A stretch of 61,951 nt of DNA from Nonomuraea sp. (GTDB lineage: Bacteria > Actinomycetota > Actinomycetes > Streptosporangiales > Streptosporangiaceae): the NCBI GenBank assembly GCA_036276095.1, contig DASUCK010000074.1:1-61951 (forward strand). The letters run 5' to 3'. Of the stretch, positions 59,522 to 61,951 are shown in pieces; position 1 is the stretch's first letter; every line of letters starts with the position of its first letter. The position numbers and the translations under genes are program-made. The notes beneath the pieces are model-generated. The model was not told where the DNA came from. It was given only the letters and a program-made list of their open reading frames with translations, and searched no databases.

Positions 59522-61305
59522 TCCGCACGCATACGGCCGGGTCGCTCCGCGAGGAGCACGCCGGGCAGAAGGTGACGCTCGCGGGCTGGGTGGCCCGCCG
59601 CCGCGACCATGGCGGCGTGGTCTTCATCGACCTGCGTGACGCCTCCGGCTCGGCGCAGGTGGTCTTCCGCGAGGAGGACCACGCCCACGACCTGCGCGCC
59701 GAATACTGCGTGAAGGTCGTCGGCGAGGTCCGCCTCCGCCCCGAGGGCAACGAGAATCCCGACCTGCCCACCGGCGCGGTCGAGGTGGTGGCCGACACGG
59801 TCGAGGTGCTGAGCGAGGCCGCGCCGCTGCCGTTCCCGATCGAGGGGAACGTGGGCGTGTCGGAGGAGGCCCGGCTGCGCCACCGCTACCTCGACATCCG
59901 CCGCCAGCAGGTTGCCCACGCGATGCGGGTGCGCTCCGCGGCCACCTACCTCGCCAACGAGGTCATGAACGAGCTCGGCTTCGTCTACGTCGAGACCCCC
60001 ACGCTCACCCGCTCCACGCCCGAGGGCGCCCGCGACTTCCTGGTGCCCGTGCGCCTGCAGCCCGGCAGCTGGTACGCCCTGCCGCAGTCGCCCCAGCTGT
60101 TCAAGCAGCTGCTGCAGGTCGCCGGCCTGGAGCGCTACTACCAGCTGGCCAAGTGCTACCGCGACGAGGACCTCAGGGCCGACCGGCAGCCGGAGTTCAC
60201 GCAGATCGACGTCGAGATGTCCTTCGTGGACCAGGAGGACGTCATCGAGGTCGGCGAGAAGCTGATCGGACGGCTGTGGCGGGAGATCGCCGGCTACGAC
60301 CTGCCGACGCCGCTGCCGCGCATGACGTACGCCGACGCGATGGCCCGCTACGGCTCCGACAAGCCCGACCTGCGCTTCGGCCAGGAGCTGGTCGAGATGA
60401 CCGACTACTTCGCCGGCACCTCGTTCCGCGTCTTCCAGGCCGAGTACGTCGGCGCGGTGGTCATGCCCGGCGGCGCCTCGCAGACCCGCAAGGAGCTCGA
60501 CGCCTGGCAGGAGTGGGCTCGCTCGCGCGGCGCCAGGGGCCTGGCGTACGTGCTGGTGCAGGACGACGGCACGCTCGGCGGCCCGGTGGCCAGGAACCTG
60601 TCGGAGCAGGAGAGCAGCGGCCTGGCCGCCAAGGTCGGCGCTGGCCCGGGCGACGCGATCTTCTTCGCGGCCGGCCCGCGCCACTCCTCGCGTGACCTGC
60701 TCGGCGCCGCCCGGCTGGAGATCGGCCGCCGTTGCGGCCTGATCGACGAGTCGGCGTGGTCGTTCCTGTGGGTGGTCGACGCCCCGATGTTCGAGCCGGT
60801 CTACGACGAGGTGGGTCGCGAGATCGGCTGGACCGCCGTCCACCACCCGTTCACCGGCCCCAAGCCGGAGTGGGCCGACACCTTCCAGGACCACCCGGGC
60901 GAGGCGCTGGCCTACGCCTACGACATGGTCTGCAACGGCATGGAGATCGGCGGCGGCTCGATCCGTATCCACCGGGCCGAGATGCAGCAGCGCGTCTTCG
61001 ACGTGCTCGGCATCTCCAAGGAGGAGGCGGAGAGCAAGTTCGGCTTCCTGCTGGAGGCGTTCAAGTACGGCCCGCCGCCGCACGGCGGCATCGCCTACGG
61101 CTGGGACCGCATCTGCATGCTGCTGGCCGGCGGCGAGTCGATCCGCGACGTGATCGCCTTCCCGAAGACGGCCTCCGGCTTCGACCCGCTCACCGGCGCG
61201 CCCACGCCGATCACGGCCGAGCAGCGCAAGGAGGCGGGCGTCGACGGCCGGCCGAAGAACGCCGACCCGAGGAACGCCGAACTGAAGAACGCCGGGAGCG
61301 TCTGA
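59518..61305 (+). CDS. aspS: Aspartate-tRNA ligase
   Basis: [36 protein letters not shown] and PPHGG. Confidence 0.98.
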   Translation: MIRTHTAGSLREEHAGQKVTLAGWVARRRDHGGVVFIDLRDASGSAQVVFREEDHAHDLRAEYCVKVVGEVRLRPEGNENPDLPTGAVEVVADTVEVLSEAAPLPFPIEGNVGVSEEARLRHRYLDIRRQQVAHAMRVRSAATYLANEVMNELGFVYVETPTLTRSTPEGARDFLVPVRLQPGSWYALPQSPQLFKQLLQVAGLERYYQLAKCYRDEDLRADRQPEFTQIDVEMSFVDQEDVIEVGEKLIGRLWREIAGYDLPTPLPRMTYADAMARYGSDKPDLRFGQELVEMTDYFAGTSFRVFQAEYVGAVVMPGGASQTRKELDAWQEWARSRGARGLAYVLVQDDGTLGGPVARNLSEQESSGLAAKVGAGPGDAIFFAAGPRHSSRDLLGAARLEIGRRCGLIDESAWSFLWVVDAPMFEPVYDEVGREIGWTAVHHPFTGPKPEWADTFQDHPGEALAYAYDMVCNGMEIGGGSIRIHRAEMQQRVFDVLGISKEEAESKFGFLLEAFKYGPPPHGGIAYGWDRICMLLAGGESIRDVIAFPKTASGFDPLTGAPTPITAEQRKEAGVDGRPKNADPRNAELKNAGSV

Positions 61306-61312
61306 GAAGGGC

Positions 61313-61344
61313 GAAGCCGGTGGGGACGGGTCCCCACCGGCTTC
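61313..61344. terminator. Hairpin between convergent aspS and cyclophilin genes
   Basis: gaagccggtggggac-gg-gtccccaccggcttc, a perfect 15-bp stem. Confidence 0.7.
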
Positions 61345-61359
61345 CTGCGTCGAGCGGGC

Positions 61360-61951
61360 TCAGGAGAAGGCGATGTTCTTGATGATCACCGGGTTCTTGG
61401 GGGCGGTGGTGCCGCCGTCGCCGGTGATGTCGGCCTCGTTGACGATCAGGTCGTTGCCGTCCTTGGCCAGGCCGAGCAGCGTGTCCATGCCCTCGCTGAC
61501 CATGCCCACGACCGAGTAGCCCGAGCCGATCTGCAGGTTCTCGTCCGACAGCGAGAAGACGAACTGGCTGTTGCTCTGGTTCGTCGCGTCGCCCGGCTGG
61601 GCCATGAACACCACGCCCTTGCCGACGGGGATCTCGACGTTCTCGTCGTTGTAGACGTAGCCGGCCGTGCCCTGGCCGTCGGCGGGGTTCTTGCCGTCGG
61701 CCTTGGCCAGCGGGTCGCCGCACTGCAGCATGTGCACGCCGGACACGTCGGGGGTGACCAGCCGGTGGCACTTCATGTTGTTGTAGAAGCGCTTCTTGGC
61801 CAGGAAGCTGAGCGAGTTGACGGTGCACGGCGCCGCGTCCGTCATGAGGTCGATGACCACCTTGCCGCGGTTGAAGGTGATCGTCATCTTCTTCAGCTTC
61901 ATGTTGGGCTTCTTGCCCGGCAGGCCCACGAACTTGTTCGGGACCGAGGTG
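61360..61951 (-). CDS. Second cyclophilin-type PPIase (5' end outside the window)
   Basis: APCTVNS, CHRL, LQCGDP and NSQF; the frame is open to the window edge. Confidence 0.88.
   Translation of the reverse strand, partial: TSVPNKFVGLPGKKPNMKLKKMTITFNRGKVVIDLMTDAAPCTVNSLSFLAKKRFYNNMKCHRLVTPDVSGVHMLQCGDPLAKADGKNPADGQGTAGYVYNDENVEIPVGKGVVFMAQPGDATNQSNSQFVFSLSDENLQIGSGYSVVGMVSEGMDTLLGLAKDGNDLIVNEADITGDGGTTAPKNPVIIKNIAFS

Overview
High-GC actinobacterial chromosome segment, probably from a filamentous actinomycete. From about 21 kb to the end it follows the conserved actinobacterial backbone thrS-HIT-(EF-G2)-pgsA-patA-pimA-pdxS-pdxT-yebC-ruvCAB-yajC-secDF-apt-relA-DUF349-ppi-MBL-hisS-aspS. Several genes are inserted into it, including a SigG-like ECF pair, phoD, a fused ABC permease, an Eis-like GNAT and an NTase-cupin fusion. 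The first ~21 kb is accessory. The best candidate for an undescribed system is the six-gene module at 3727-11405. It contains an uncharacterised 421-aa protein, an ECF sigma, a Crp/Fnr regulator, a cytoplasmic MpaB/Lcp-like heme protein translationally coupled to an adenylate cyclase-STAND ATPase-TPR protein, and a 139-aa beta protein. A CRP-type box lies between the divergent ECF and crp genes, and the two outer unknown genes share a GTATCT-N15/16-GCTCT upstream motif. Together these suggest a cyclase -> cAMP -> Crp -> ECF -> two-effector cascade; this is inference and untested. No rRNA, tRNA, CRISPR array, integrase or transposase was recognised. All calls come from reading motifs by eye, no database searches were run, and several start codons were adjusted from the ORF track.
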